Of a stretch of DNA of 64,000 nt, positions 10,607 to 20,240 are shown piece by piece. A model generated the notes under the pieces. The model was not told where the DNA came from and made no database searches. It worked only from the letters and a program-made list of their open reading frames with translations. The stretch is from Algoriphagus sp. (GTDB lineage: Bacteria > Bacteroidota > Bacteroidia > Cytophagales > Cyclobacteriaceae): assembly GCA_044373795.1 (NCBI GenBank), contig JBILPR010000001.1, forward strand, positions 2,783 to 66,782, in the 5' to 3' direction. The number at the start of each line of letters is the position of its first letter. The stretch's first letter is position 1. Position numbers and translations under genes: made by a program.

Positions 10607-11575
10607 TTAAAGTTCAGCTTTTAGTGCTTCTGTTAATTTAGGAACTATTTCGAAAGCATCTCCAACAATTCCATAATCCGCTGCTTTGAAAAAAGGTGCT
10701 TCTGGATCTTTATTAATTACAACGATATTCTTCGATGAATTAACACCTGCAAGATGTTGAATAGCTCCCGAAATTCCAATAGCAATATATAAACTTGGAG
10801 CCACTTTTACGCCTGTCTGTCCAACGTGCTCATGGTGAGGTCTCCATCCGATATCTGAAACCGGTTTCGAACATCCTGTTGCGGCTCCCAGTGTTTTGGC
10901 AAGTTCCTCAAGCATTCCCCAGTTTTCAGGACCTTTCATTCCTCTTCCACCAGATACAACTATATCAGCCTCAGGCAAAAGGACCTCTCCTGTTGCTCGT
11001 TCGGTAGATATGATTTTGGAAGCAAAATCTGAAGCATCCAATGACACTTCGAATGTCTCGACTGTCGCAGGAGCTCCATCAGTTTTCAAATCAATTGCGT
11101 TCTTTTTAACAGCAAGGATTTTATTTTCTGTGGAAACAGAAGCCTCAGCAAACGCTTTCCCCGTGAAAATACTCCTCTTCACCAGATATCCTGAACTTGT
11201 ATCTGGCAACTCTACGACATTGCTGACCAGACCTGCTCCCAATTTGATGGATAATCGAGCTGCAACTGCGTCACCCAAAGATGATTTTGCCAGCACCAAA
11301 GTCTTCGCTTCAATCTTGGTGAAAGCTTGTGCCAAAGCACTTGCATGAGCTTGAATTACTCCTTCGTTTAGTCTTGGGTCTGACACATGAAGCACTTTCG
11401 CAGCACCAGCGGTCCCCACTCCTGCTAACTCACCTGAATCCAAAGTACCCAAAGCAACAGCAACTACATCTCCTTCACCTGTCTTAGCAGTAAGGGCATT
11501 TGCAAAAGAAACCGCTTCTAAACTGGTCTTCTTTACTTTACCTTCTGATTGTTCTATATAAACTAATATTGACAT
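10607..11575 (-). CDS. etfA: electron transfer flavoprotein alpha subunit
   Basis: ADIVVSGGRG, QTGVKVAPSLYIAIGISGAIQHLAG, INKDPEAP. Confidence 0.96.
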   Translation of the reverse strand: MSILVYIEQSEGKVKKTSLEAVSFANALTAKTGEGDVVAVALGTLDSGELAGVGTAGAAKVLHVSDPRLNEGVIQAHASALAQAFTKIEAKTLVLAKSSLGDAVAARLSIKLGAGLVSNVVELPDTSSGYLVKRSIFTGKAFAEASVSTENKILAVKKNAIDLKTDGAPATVETFEVSLDASDFASKIISTERATGEVLLPEADIVVSGGRGMKGPENWGMLEELAKTLGAATGCSKPVSDIGWRPHHEHVGQTGVKVAPSLYIAIGISGAIQHLAGVNSSKNIVVINKDPEAPFFKAADYGIVGDAFEIVPKLTEALKAEL

Positions 11576-11610
11576 AAAATATTGATTTTTAATAGTTTGG
11601 AAAAATTCAA

Positions 11611-12348
11611 TTAAAGCACTTTTGCTTCGTTTTTGAGAAGTCTCACCAGCTCCCTCACATTATCCTTATCAATCAATTTCACTGCTCCTTTTGCAGGAGG
11701 TAATTGGTAGCTGGTCGCTTCTGCCTGAGTTTCCTGCGAAACCGGTTCCACTACATTCAACGGCTTGGTACGAGCAGACATGATCCCTCTCATATTCGGG
11801 ATTTTCCATTCCGCAATCGGTTCCTGACAGCCTGCAATCAAAGGCAAACTTGCTTCAACAATTTCTTTTCCTCCTTCGATCTCTCGGGCCATTTTCACTT
11901 TCGTTCCTTCCAAATCCAGCTTCATTACCGGAGAGAAAGACGGCATTCCAAGAAGTTCTCCCACCATTCCATGCACCATTCCGCCGTTGAAGTCGATAGA
12001 CTCACGACCCATCAAAATCAAATCATAGTTGCCTTCTTTTGCATAATGTGCGATTTGCTTTGCCACAAAAAATGAATCTTTTGGAGAAGAATTAACACGA
12101 ATCGCATCATCAGCACCAATCGCAAGCGCTTTTCTTAAAGTTGGTTCAGTCTCAGCCTCCCCAACATTCAGGGCAGTCAATATCCCGCCGGTCTGGTCTC
12201 TAAGTTCAACTGCACGTGCCAAAGCATAATCATCGTAAGGTCCAATTATAAATTGAACTCCTGTCGTATCAAATTTGGTATTGTTAGCAGTAAACTGAAT
12301 CTTGGAGGTAGTATCGGGTACGTGGGTGATACAAACAAGAATCTTCAT
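11611..12348 (-). CDS. etfB: electron transfer flavoprotein beta subunit
   Basis: KILVCITHVPDT, YDDYAL, ALAIGADDAIRV, REIEGG; precedes etfA. Confidence 0.96.
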   Translation of the reverse strand: MKILVCITHVPDTTSKIQFTANNTKFDTTGVQFIIGPYDDYALARAVELRDQTGGILTALNVGEAETEPTLRKALAIGADDAIRVNSSPKDSFFVAKQIAHYAKEGNYDLILMGRESIDFNGGMVHGMVGELLGMPSFSPVMKLDLEGTKVKMAREIEGGKEIVEASLPLIAGCQEPIAEWKIPNMRGIMSARTKPLNVVEPVSQETQAEATSYQLPPAKGAVKLIDKDNVRELVRLLKNEAKVL

Positions 12349-12422
12349 TGGTTTAGGTTTATATTATTATAGATTTATTTCGCGTGAAAATAACAGTCAC
12401 TGGTTAATTAAAAAAACTATTC

Positions 12423-12755
12423 ATGGGCAATTTGGACAGGTTACAAATTCTTATTCAATTCACCAAGGAAGAACCTGAAAACTCGTTCAATTGGTATGCT
12501 TTAGCTTTAGAGTACATTAACTCCGATCGGGAAGAAACAGCCGCCATTTTTGGTGAACTTTTGAAATCTCATCCGGACTACCTCCCCACTTATTACACTT
12601 CTGCACAGTTTTTTGCTGAGCAAAATCAGTTGGAAAAAGCTAGAGGAATATTTGAAAAAGGAATTGAGCTGGCAGAGAGATTGAAAGAAGAGAAAGCCTT
12701 GAAGGAATTAAAAAATGCCTACCAAAACTTCCTCTATGAAAATGATCTTGATTAA
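12423..12755 (+). CDS. small TPR-like protein
   Basis: FNWYALALEY, PDYLPTYY, ARGIFEKGIELA helical-repeat pattern. Confidence 0.8.
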   Translation: MGNLDRLQILIQFTKEEPENSFNWYALALEYINSDREETAAIFGELLKSHPDYLPTYYTSAQFFAEQNQLEKARGIFEKGIELAERLKEEKALKELKNAYQNFLYENDLD

Positions 12756-13002
12756 CCTGCATTTTGATATCCTGAGGAAATTGAAATCCATTTATTTCCT
12801 GAATTAAGATCAAATATTCTGCTTGCAATCCCGCTACTATTTCGTTCTTTCGGAAACTATGCTTCACTTCGGAGCTACTTAAACTACTTATTGTTGCCAA
12901 TTTTTTCACAAAAAGAGAGCTTCTGAGAGCATATAGAAAAGATTTTTATAACCATTTTAGTAAATTGAATTTCAGCCCTTTCACTTAAAAACGATTTTTA
13001 AT

Positions 13003-13488
13003 ATGGTCTCCCAAAAAGAAATCCTGGACTATTTTTTACCCATATTAGAGAAATGTGGCAACCGCTACAAAAAATTCACTTTGGTCAGAGCCAAAAAAGC
13101 TGCTCCCGGAACCTGGATAATAACCAAAACTTCAGACGGTTTTGAAACCAAAAATCAAGCTAAAGCGGGAGATATGCTAGTAGAAAACCAAACCAGTTCT
13201 TTGGAGCAATATCTTGTGAATGAGGATACTTTTTCCAAAAAATATGAAATCGAACATAGCCTGGAAAAAGGATGGGCGACTTACAAACCGATTGGTGAAA
13301 TACTGGCTCACCGCGTGTCAAACGTCGATTTTGAATTTTTCGGAGAGCTTGAAATTCTTGAATTTGTAGCTCCCTGGGGAGAGTCAATGATCGTAAAACC
13401 CGGCGATTATCTAGTTACCCCTCCCGAAAAAAATGAGATCTACCGGATTGCTCAAAAGGAATTTGAAGAAACTTACAAGCAGCTTTAG
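13003..13488 (+). CDS. PGDYG-like hypothetical protein with two internal repeats
   Basis: AKAGDMLV..EQYLVNEDTFSKKYE and VKPGDYLV..EIYRIAQKEFEETYK. Confidence 0.7.
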   Translation: MVSQKEILDYFLPILEKCGNRYKKFTLVRAKKAAPGTWIITKTSDGFETKNQAKAGDMLVENQTSSLEQYLVNEDTFSKKYEIEHSLEKGWATYKPIGEILAHRVSNVDFEFFGELEILEFVAPWGESMIVKPGDYLVTPPEKNEIYRIAQKEFEETYKQL

Positions 13489-14486
13489 GGCTTCAAGATA
13501 ATCTTGCCCATTTGCTCCCCTGCTCTCATCCTATCAAAAGCATCTACCGCCTGATCCAACGGAAAGACCTTGTCAATAACAGGATGGATTTCTTTTCGCT
13601 CTACCAACTGTAGCATTTTTCTAAAATCCTTGTCTGAACCCATGGTACTTCCGATGATTTTTAACTGATTCCAAAAAATTCGTCTTGCCTCCAATTTACT
13701 CGGATTTCCTCTGGTGGCACCATAAAAAACAACTCTTCCTCCGGGCTTACAAACCTGGATTAACTGGTTCATTGAATCCCCCGCCGCACCATCAATGATG
13801 AGATCAAATCCTCCCCTGGAATCTACAATCGCCTGATCAACCCATTTTACATTTGTATATTCATAACCAAAAGAAGCTCCCATTTTCAAACCTTTCTTAA
13901 TCTTATCAGAACTGCTGCTACTGATTGAAACTTTGGCACCAAGAGCCAAGGCAAACTGTGCTGCAAACTGAGCTACACCTCCTCCAAAGCCAGTGACAAG
14001 AACATTTTCATCTTCCTCCAGCTGACCCTGATAAGTCAATGCCCGGTATGCAGTAAGTCCTGCCAAAGGCAAAGCGGCTGCTTCTTCCCAAGAAAGATGA
14101 TCGGGTTTTTGGTGTAGACGATCTGCTGGTACAACCACACTTTCTGCAAAAGTGCCATTTCGTGGCATTCCCAAAATTTCAAAATTCTTTCCTTGAAACT
14201 TTTGATTATCTCCCCAATTAATGGCCGCATTGATAATTACTTCTTTACCAAGCCAAAAAGAATCTACTCCTTTGCCAAGATCAGAAACCACTCCCGATCC
14301 GTCAGAACCAAGAATTACTCCGGTTTTCAGATTTGGATACAGGCCTTGTCTGCTCCACTCGTCCCGATGATTAAGCGCTGCAGCTTTGATTTTTACTCTT
14401 ACTTCTCCCGGTCCCAAAATCGATTCCTGAACGTCGGTCAATCTGATCTTCTCCTTCGAATCGAGATTTAGGATAATGGCTTTCAT
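13485..14486 (-). CDS. MDR family zinc-binding/quinone oxidoreductase
   Basis: AAALNHRD, LGSDGSG, AAALPLAGLTAYRAL, VLVTGFGGGV, GSTMGS. Confidence 0.9.
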   Translation of the reverse strand: MKAIILNLDSKEKIRLTDVQESILGPGEVRVKIKAAALNHRDEWSRQGLYPNLKTGVILGSDGSGVVSDLGKGVDSFWLGKEVIINAAINWGDNQKFQGKNFEILGMPRNGTFAESVVVPADRLHQKPDHLSWEEAAALPLAGLTAYRALTYQGQLEEDENVLVTGFGGGVAQFAAQFALALGAKVSISSSSSDKIKKGLKMGASFGYEYTNVKWVDQAIVDSRGGFDLIIDGAAGDSMNQLIQVCKPGGRVVFYGATRGNPSKLEARRIFWNQLKIIGSTMGSDKDFRKMLQLVERKEIHPVIDKVFPLDQAVDAFDRMRAGEQMGKIILKP

Positions 14487-14496
14487 ACTTTTGGAA

Positions 14497-16077
14497 TTAG
14501 AATTGGGTTGGCTTGGAGCCTTTGTTCATCAGGTCATCCGTGTCGTCTTCATTTGCTCGGCTTTGGAGCTTGATCGTATTTCCGGCATCAAACTGAGAGA
14601 TACCGCTGGATTGGCTAACGAAATTTTGACCATACATTGGTTCTTTAGAACCCATATTCTGTCCTCCGAAATTATCGAGATCCGTGAATTTGGTGAAACG
14701 ACCGATAAATCGAAGTTTGACCGTATCAAGTGATCCGTTTCTATGTTTGGCAATAATAACCTCACCTACTCCCTGGGTGGAATTATGATCTTCATCTTCG
14801 GTGATTCCATAGTATTCTGGACGGTAAAGGAACATGACCATGTCGGCATCCTGCTCGATAGCTCCTGATTCCCTCAAATCCGAAAGTTGCGGACGCTTAT
14901 CTCCTCCCCTTGTTTCTACCGCTCTGGAAAGCTGCGAAAGTGCAATGACCGGAACGCTGAGTTCCTTAGCTATCTTTTTGAGCGCCCGTGAAATGCTGGC
15001 AATCTCCTGCTCACGATTTCCGCCAAAATTCCCACCCTTAGAGTCACCGGACATGAGCTGTAAGTAATCAATTACGATTAACTGAATATCATGCTGAGCT
15101 TTCAGCTTTCGACATTTTGCCCGAAGTTCCAAGATGGAAAGAGCCGGAGTATCATCCACGAATAGTGGAGCTTTGGAAAGTTTAGCCGTTTTATGTACCA
15201 ATTGAGCCCATTCGTGGTCAGCAAGTTGGCCCTTTTTAATTTTTTCTGAATCCAATTCTGCTTCGCCGGCAATCAGACGATTAACCAACTGAATGGAGGA
15301 CATTTCCAAGGAAAAAATAGCAACAGGACGATTGTGATCCACAGCGGCATTTCTCAAAACTGAAAGCACAAACGCTGTTTTTCCCATCGCTGGACGAGCC
15401 GCGATGATCACGAGGTCAGATTTTTGCCAGCCAGAAGTTACCCGATCCAGCGCTGTGAATCCTGAAGGAACACCCGTCAAACCATCTTTTTGATGTTTTC
15501 TGATTTCCATCTCAGCGATAGCTTCCCGCATGATCGTCTTCATGTCGGAATAATTCTTTCGGATATTTTTCTCAGAGATTTGAAAAAGACTCTGCTCCAT
15601 CTTATCCAAAAGCTCAAAAACATCAGTCGTTTCTTCGTAAGCATCACGCTGGATTTCCGATGAAATACGGATCATTTCCCGCTTGATCGCCTGCTCAGTT
15701 ATGATCCTTGCGTGGTATTCGATGTTGGCTGCAGAAGCGACTTTCGAAGTCAGTTCTGTAACGTAAAATGCTCCTCCAGCTATCTCCAAGGTTCCACTTT
15801 TGCGCAACTGTGTGGTCACAGTTAGCAAGTCTATGGGCTGAGTATCGGTGAAAAGATCCAAAATCGCCTGAAAAATCACCTGATGAGAATCTTTGTAGAA
15901 GCTCTCCACTTTCAGAATGTCGATGACATTGGTCAAGGCATCTTTTTCCAGCATCAATGCTCCCAAAACTGCCTCTTCCAGGTCTGTAGCCTGTGGAGGC
16001 ACTTTTCCAAGCATACTCGTATTTTCGTAAGAAGGCTTTTTTCGGGTGATCAAAGGATTGGGTCTTTTCTCATTCAT
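14497..16077 (-). CDS. dnaB: replicative DNA helicase
   Basis: PPQATDLEEAVLG, ARPAMGKT Walker A, FSLEM, VIDYLQLM, LSQLSR, LRESGAIEQDAD, KHRNG. Confidence 0.98.
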   Translation of the reverse strand: MNEKRPNPLITRKKPSYENTSMLGKVPPQATDLEEAVLGALMLEKDALTNVIDILKVESFYKDSHQVIFQAILDLFTDTQPIDLLTVTTQLRKSGTLEIAGGAFYVTELTSKVASAANIEYHARIITEQAIKREMIRISSEIQRDAYEETTDVFELLDKMEQSLFQISEKNIRKNYSDMKTIMREAIAEMEIRKHQKDGLTGVPSGFTALDRVTSGWQKSDLVIIAARPAMGKTAFVLSVLRNAAVDHNRPVAIFSLEMSSIQLVNRLIAGEAELDSEKIKKGQLADHEWAQLVHKTAKLSKAPLFVDDTPALSILELRAKCRKLKAQHDIQLIVIDYLQLMSGDSKGGNFGGNREQEIASISRALKKIAKELSVPVIALSQLSRAVETRGGDKRPQLSDLRESGAIEQDADMVMFLYRPEYYGITEDEDHNSTQGVGEVIIAKHRNGSLDTVKLRFIGRFTKFTDLDNFGGQNMGSKEPMYGQNFVSQSSGISQFDAGNTIKLQSRANEDDTDDLMNKGSKPTQF

Positions 16078-16082
16078 GGCAA

Positions 16083-16090
16083 CAAATGTA
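16083..16090 (-). promoter_or_regulatory. -7 promoter box (TACATTTG) 5 nt upstream of dnaB ATG
   Basis: Exact TAnnTTTG on the minus strand; TACATTTG-ttgcc-ATG. Confidence 0.5.
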
Positions 16091-16178
16091 TAGGTCTTGA
16101 GTCAGGAGTTTTAAACAACTTTTACCCAAGTTATCAACAAGGAAAAGCATCAAAAATCAAGCCTCGTTGGGCTTCCGA

Positions 16179-16862
16179 TTATTTATAGTAGACTCCGTTT
16201 CGGTAGCCTCTGAACATGCTGCAAAGCATCGCCCAGGTGAAGTGCCAAAGCATTTCGGAAAGCGGGATATTAAGCAATTTATAACCCAAAACAGGTTTAT
16301 CAAGCATTCCGTATTTATCCCAAAAGTGTGGGAAAAGCAGGTTGAAATTCAGGTAATAGATGACTAAAGATATCGCCAAGGTGGCAAAAGCTGAGATGAT
16401 TGAAAGCCTGATCAGATCGGGTCGCTTAATCCAAATATATGCCGAAAGAAGGAAAAACGTGAGGAAAGTAACGTATCCGGAATGAATCCCTAAAATCGCG
16501 CTGAACAAAGTCAAACTTCCGCAACCGATCAGGAAAAGGATAAAGAAATCCTTGTTTCTTGCTCCGGTTTGCTTTTCGAAGTCAATTTCTTTTCTGGTAA
16601 AGGAAGAATGGATATATCCGCCCACTCCGAAAAGCGCAAATCCGATAATGTAATCCTCAATTCCGACAATCCCCTCTCCAAACAAAGTTGGCGGTCTCCA
16701 GTAATCGCGGAAATACCAATATTCAGCAATAATACCCATGATTCCACCCACTAAACCAACTCTCACCATTCCGCTCTTCCAAGGGCTTTTCAAATATATG
16801 AAGGCCCATGCAAGCATAAAGAGAACGGAAAGTGACAGGTAAGCGTATCTATCAGGAAACAT
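16179..16862 (-). CDS. lycopene cyclase domain-like membrane protein
   Basis: Multi-TM with duplicated pattern AEYWYFRDYWRP..GIEDYIIGF and KRPDL..FWD..NIPLSEMLWHF. Confidence 0.6.
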   Translation of the reverse strand: MFPDRYAYLSLSVLFMLAWAFIYLKSPWKSGMVRVGLVGGIMGIIAEYWYFRDYWRPPTLFGEGIVGIEDYIIGFALFGVGGYIHSSFTRKEIDFEKQTGARNKDFFILFLIGCGSLTLFSAILGIHSGYVTFLTFFLLSAYIWIKRPDLIRLSIISAFATLAISLVIYYLNFNLLFPHFWDKYGMLDKPVLGYKLLNIPLSEMLWHFTWAMLCSMFRGYRNGVYYK

Positions 16863-16960
16863 TAAAAGGTAATTTTTGAACGAAATTAAAGAAAAACCTG
16901 TCCCCGAAAAAAATCTTCGGTTTCAGAAAGGTAAGCCCGCAAGCTCCCGAGTTTTATTTT

Positions 16961-16968
16961 TAATTTTG
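16961..16968 (+). promoter_or_regulatory. -7 promoter box (TAATTTTG)
   Basis: Exact TAnnTTTG 32 nt upstream of the Mur ligase start. Confidence 0.55.
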
Positions 16969-17000
16969 ACAGAGAAAGTAAAAACTGATCCAACCTATTT

Positions 17001-18356
17001 ATGAAAAAATATCATTTCATCGCAATCGGAGGCGCCGTGATGCATAATCTGGCTTTGGCACTGGTAAGCAAAGGCTATCAGGTCAGCGGTTCCGATGATG
17101 AAATCTATGAACCTTCCCGAACCCGATTGGAGAAAGCAGGGATTTTGCCTGCCGCTTACGGTTGGTATCCGGAGAAAATCACGTCCGATCTCGATGGAAT
17201 CATCCTGGGAATGCACGCGAGGATCGATAATCCTGAACTGATCAAAGCCCAGGAATTGGGGATTCCTGTATTCTCATTTCCGGAATTCATTTACAACCAA
17301 AGTATTGATAAAAAGCGGGTTGTCATCGCAGGTTCTCATGGAAAGACTTCAATCACTTCAATCATTCTTCATGTGCTGAAAGACCAAAAGGTTGATTTTG
17401 ATTACCTGGTTGGCGCTCAGATCGAGGGATTTGATTTGATGGTCCGGTTATCAGATGCGCCGGTGATCATCATCGAAGGAGACGAATACCTGACTTCCCC
17501 GCTCGATCGGACTCCAAAGTTTTACCATTATAAACACAACATCGCTTTGGTTTCGGGCATCGCTTGGGATCACTTCAATGTTTTTCCGGACTTTGAAGAA
17601 TATAAGGCTCAGTTCAGTGAACTGATGAGCAGGACTCCTGATTCGGGAGAACTCATATATTGCGAAGCAGATCCTCTCGTAAAGGAAGCCGCTGAGAAAG
17701 TCGAAATAAAAGCGAAAAAGACTCCTTACAAAGCTCATCCTGCTCAGATTAAAAACGGAAAAACTTTTCTGGAAACACATTCAGGCTTGATTCAAATTGA
17801 GATTTTCGGAGAGCATAATCTTCAAAATCTTCAGGGAGCGATGAATATTTGCAGATCGTTGGGACTTTCAGATGATGAGTTTTACACCTCCATTCAGAAT
17901 TTCAAAGGAGCTGCAAAGCGCCAGGAATTATTGGCAAAAGGTAAAAACTCCAGTTTGTTCCGGGATTTTGCCCATGCTCCTTCCAAACTTCAGGCTACCG
18001 TAAATGCTGTGAAGGCTCAGTTTCCGGAAAGAAAATTAGTCGCTGTCCAAGAACTTCACACCTATTCTTCGCTAAACAAGTCCTTTTTGCCTAACTATGC
18101 AGGATCGATGAAATCTGCGGATATTGCCGTCATCTACCTGAATCCCCACGCCGTGGCTTTGAAAAAACTCGAATTGATGGATGAGGATACTTTGCGAATC
18201 GGTTTTGAGCGGTCCGATCTGAAATTATTTACAGATAGCACTGAACTGAAAGAATATCTTTTGGCTCAGGACTATTCTGATTCTAACTTACTTTTGATGA
18301 GTTCTGGTAACTATGACAATATGGAACTGGAAGGAATCAAAGGAAAATTTAACTAA
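17001..18356 (+). CDS. mpl: Mur ligase family (Mpl/MurC-like peptidoglycan recycling ligase)
   Basis: HFIAIGGAVMHNLA, SGSDD, AGSHGKTS P-loop, EGDEY, GEHNLQN, DFAHAPSK. Confidence 0.75.
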   Translation: MKKYHFIAIGGAVMHNLALALVSKGYQVSGSDDEIYEPSRTRLEKAGILPAAYGWYPEKITSDLDGIILGMHARIDNPELIKAQELGIPVFSFPEFIYNQSIDKKRVVIAGSHGKTSITSIILHVLKDQKVDFDYLVGAQIEGFDLMVRLSDAPVIIIEGDEYLTSPLDRTPKFYHYKHNIALVSGIAWDHFNVFPDFEEYKAQFSELMSRTPDSGELIYCEADPLVKEAAEKVEIKAKKTPYKAHPAQIKNGKTFLETHSGLIQIEIFGEHNLQNLQGAMNICRSLGLSDDEFYTSIQNFKGAAKRQELLAKGKNSSLFRDFAHAPSKLQATVNAVKAQFPERKLVAVQELHTYSSLNKSFLPNYAGSMKSADIAVIYLNPHAVALKKLELMDEDTLRIGFERSDLKLFTDSTELKEYLLAQDYSDSNLLLMSSGNYDNMELEGIKGKFN

Positions 18357-18358
18357 CC

Positions 18359-19165
18359 ATGCGTTTAAACTTAAGGAATTCAATAGCATTTTTTGATCTG
18401 GAAGCTACCGGAATAAATGTTTCTACTGACAGGATCGTAGAAATTTCCATTGTAAAACTCCATCCCGACGGAGGTCAGGAAATCCTCACCAGACGGGTGA
18501 ATCCGGGAATTTCGATTCCCTTGGAGTCCTCGCTTATTCATGGGATTTACGATAAAGATGTCAAAAACGAACCCACCTTCAAGGATTTGGCGAAGGAGTT
18601 CCAACTGTTTTTTGGACAGGCAGACCTGGCAGGATTCAATGTTCTGAAGTATGATATTCCGCTTTTGGTGGAAGAATTTCTTCGTGCAGGAATTGATTTT
18701 GATCTCGAAAAAAGGAATTTGCTGGATGCTCAAAAGATTTTCTTCCTGATGGAAAAGAGAAATCTGACAGCAGCTTATCAATTTTATTGCGGTCGAAAGC
18801 TTGAAAATGCGCACAGCGCCGAAGCAGATACACTCGCAACTTTAGATGTGTTCAAAGCTCAAATCGAGCGATACCTGGGTGAGGAGGTCGAAGATCTTCA
18901 GGGAAATAAGGTGGGAGTCTTCGAAAATGACATGAAGAAAATCCACGAACTCGTCAATGAGAAGATGGTTGACCTTGCAGGAAGATTCGTTTTCAATAAT
19001 GACGGTCAGGAAATCTTCAATTTTGGCAAGCATAAAGGAAAAACTATCGAACAAGTATTCAAAGAAGAACCCGGCTATTACGATTGGATGATGAGAGGTG
19101 ACTTTGCTTTGGATACCAAAAGGAAACTGACTCAAGTCAAACTCAGAGGATTTACAAATAGATAA
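18359..19165 (+). CDS. DEDDh 3'-5' exonuclease (DnaQ-like) with C-terminal DUF3820-like domain
   Basis: FFDLEATG, GFNVLKYD, HSAEAD; NFGKHKGK...YYDWM. Confidence 0.9.
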   Translation: MRLNLRNSIAFFDLEATGINVSTDRIVEISIVKLHPDGGQEILTRRVNPGISIPLESSLIHGIYDKDVKNEPTFKDLAKEFQLFFGQADLAGFNVLKYDIPLLVEEFLRAGIDFDLEKRNLLDAQKIFFLMEKRNLTAAYQFYCGRKLENAHSAEADTLATLDVFKAQIERYLGEEVEDLQGNKVGVFENDMKKIHELVNEKMVDLAGRFVFNNDGQEIFNFGKHKGKTIEQVFKEEPGYYDWMMRGDFALDTKRKLTQVKLRGFTNR

Positions 19166-19262
19166 TTGAAAAAAGGACCGGAGACGGAAGTAATTAAAAT
19201 CTAAACATCAAACCTTATTAGAAAACACTTTCAAAATTGAGGATTATATGATCAATGAAAAT

Positions 19263-19296
19263 GAAAAACCCGGAATCGCTTCCGGGTTTTTCTTTT
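19263..19296. terminator. bidirectional intrinsic terminator
   Basis: gaaaaacccgga-atcgct-tccgggtttttc between convergent genes. Confidence 0.8.
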
Positions 19297-19325
19297 ATAA
19301 GTCAAATGTCTTAATACTTATTATT

Positions 19326-19353
19326 TGCTTCTTGTCTCTAGCTTCTTGACTCT
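19326..19353. repeat. heptamer tandem run
   Basis: tgcttct tgtctct agcttct tgactct. Confidence 0.5.
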
Positions 19354-19356
19354 CAA

Positions 19357-20145
19357 TTAAGGCTTATAATATTTCAAAGCTTCCGGCATTTGAGAATTCA
19401 GTTTTGCAATTCGGTTTGCTGGTCCGGGGTGAGTAGACAAAAACTCAGGTGGAGCCTGTCCGCCTTGAGAATTCATTCTTTCCCAAAAAATTGGTGCCTG
19501 ACGGGGATCGTACCCGGCCATCGCCATGAAGATCAGCCCCATTTCGTCTGCTTCCAATTCATGCTTTCTAGAGAAACTCAACATTCCTAATTCACTTCCA
19601 ATACCGACAGATTGTAATAAGATATTTTGCGTCAAAGAAGGGTTTTGACCAATTGCAGTTGAAAGTACTCCTACCCCAAAGTTGGTAATCAATCCGGTCG
19701 ACATTCTTTCTCTTGCGTGAGCTGCTACAGCGTGTGCTATTTCATGACCCATCACCACGGCGACTCCTGCCTCATCTTTTGCCACAGGCATGATTCCTGT
19801 GTAAAAAGCAACTTTGCCACCCGGCATACACCAAGCGTTTACATCAGTGCTTTCCAATAAGTTAAACTCCCAATTAAACTCTTTCACAAGGTCTGAATAG
19901 CCTTCGGTAATCAGGTATGACTCCACTGCTTTGGCCATTTTATTCCCCACTTTGAGAACTCTCTGACCTTCAATGGTTCCGTTTACAACTTTGCTTTCCT
20001 TTATGACTTTGGAATATTCCTCATTGACAAGTGGCTGTATTTCTCCACTTGAAACAAGAGCGAGTTGGCTTCTTCCCGTCAGCGGAACTGTGGCACACGC
20101 GTATGCAGAAAGCCCTACGACGAAAATCAATAGTATCTTTTTCAT
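19357..20145 (-). CDS. M48 family metallopeptidase (lipoprotein)
   Basis: VNAWCMPGGK, HEIAH, SRKHELEAD, FLSTHP; lipobox AYAC; ATG 20145 preferred over track start 20172. Confidence 0.93.
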   Translation of the reverse strand: MKKILLIFVVGLSAYACATVPLTGRSQLALVSSGEIQPLVNEEYSKVIKESKVVNGTIEGQRVLKVGNKMAKAVESYLITEGYSDLVKEFNWEFNLLESTDVNAWCMPGGKVAFYTGIMPVAKDEAGVAVVMGHEIAHAVAAHARERMSTGLITNFGVGVLSTAIGQNPSLTQNILLQSVGIGSELGMLSFSRKHELEADEMGLIFMAMAGYDPRQAPIFWERMNSQGGQAPPEFLSTHPGPANRIAKLNSQMPEALKYYKP

Positions 20146-20240
20146 TGGTAGTTTGATTAATCTTAGAATCAAAATTCAAAAAGAGTACCAAGGTTCTGTC
20201 AGAAAGTTAATTTTAGTATTTTCATTAAAATTATTCTTAC

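Noticed and set aside
12640-12909. 89-aa minus-strand ORF in the TPR/PGDYG gap
   Set aside because: GTG start, overlaps the TPR gene antisense, no recognisable motif.
14497-16077. Intein in dnaB
   Set aside because: 526 aa with contiguous helicase motifs and no splicing motifs.
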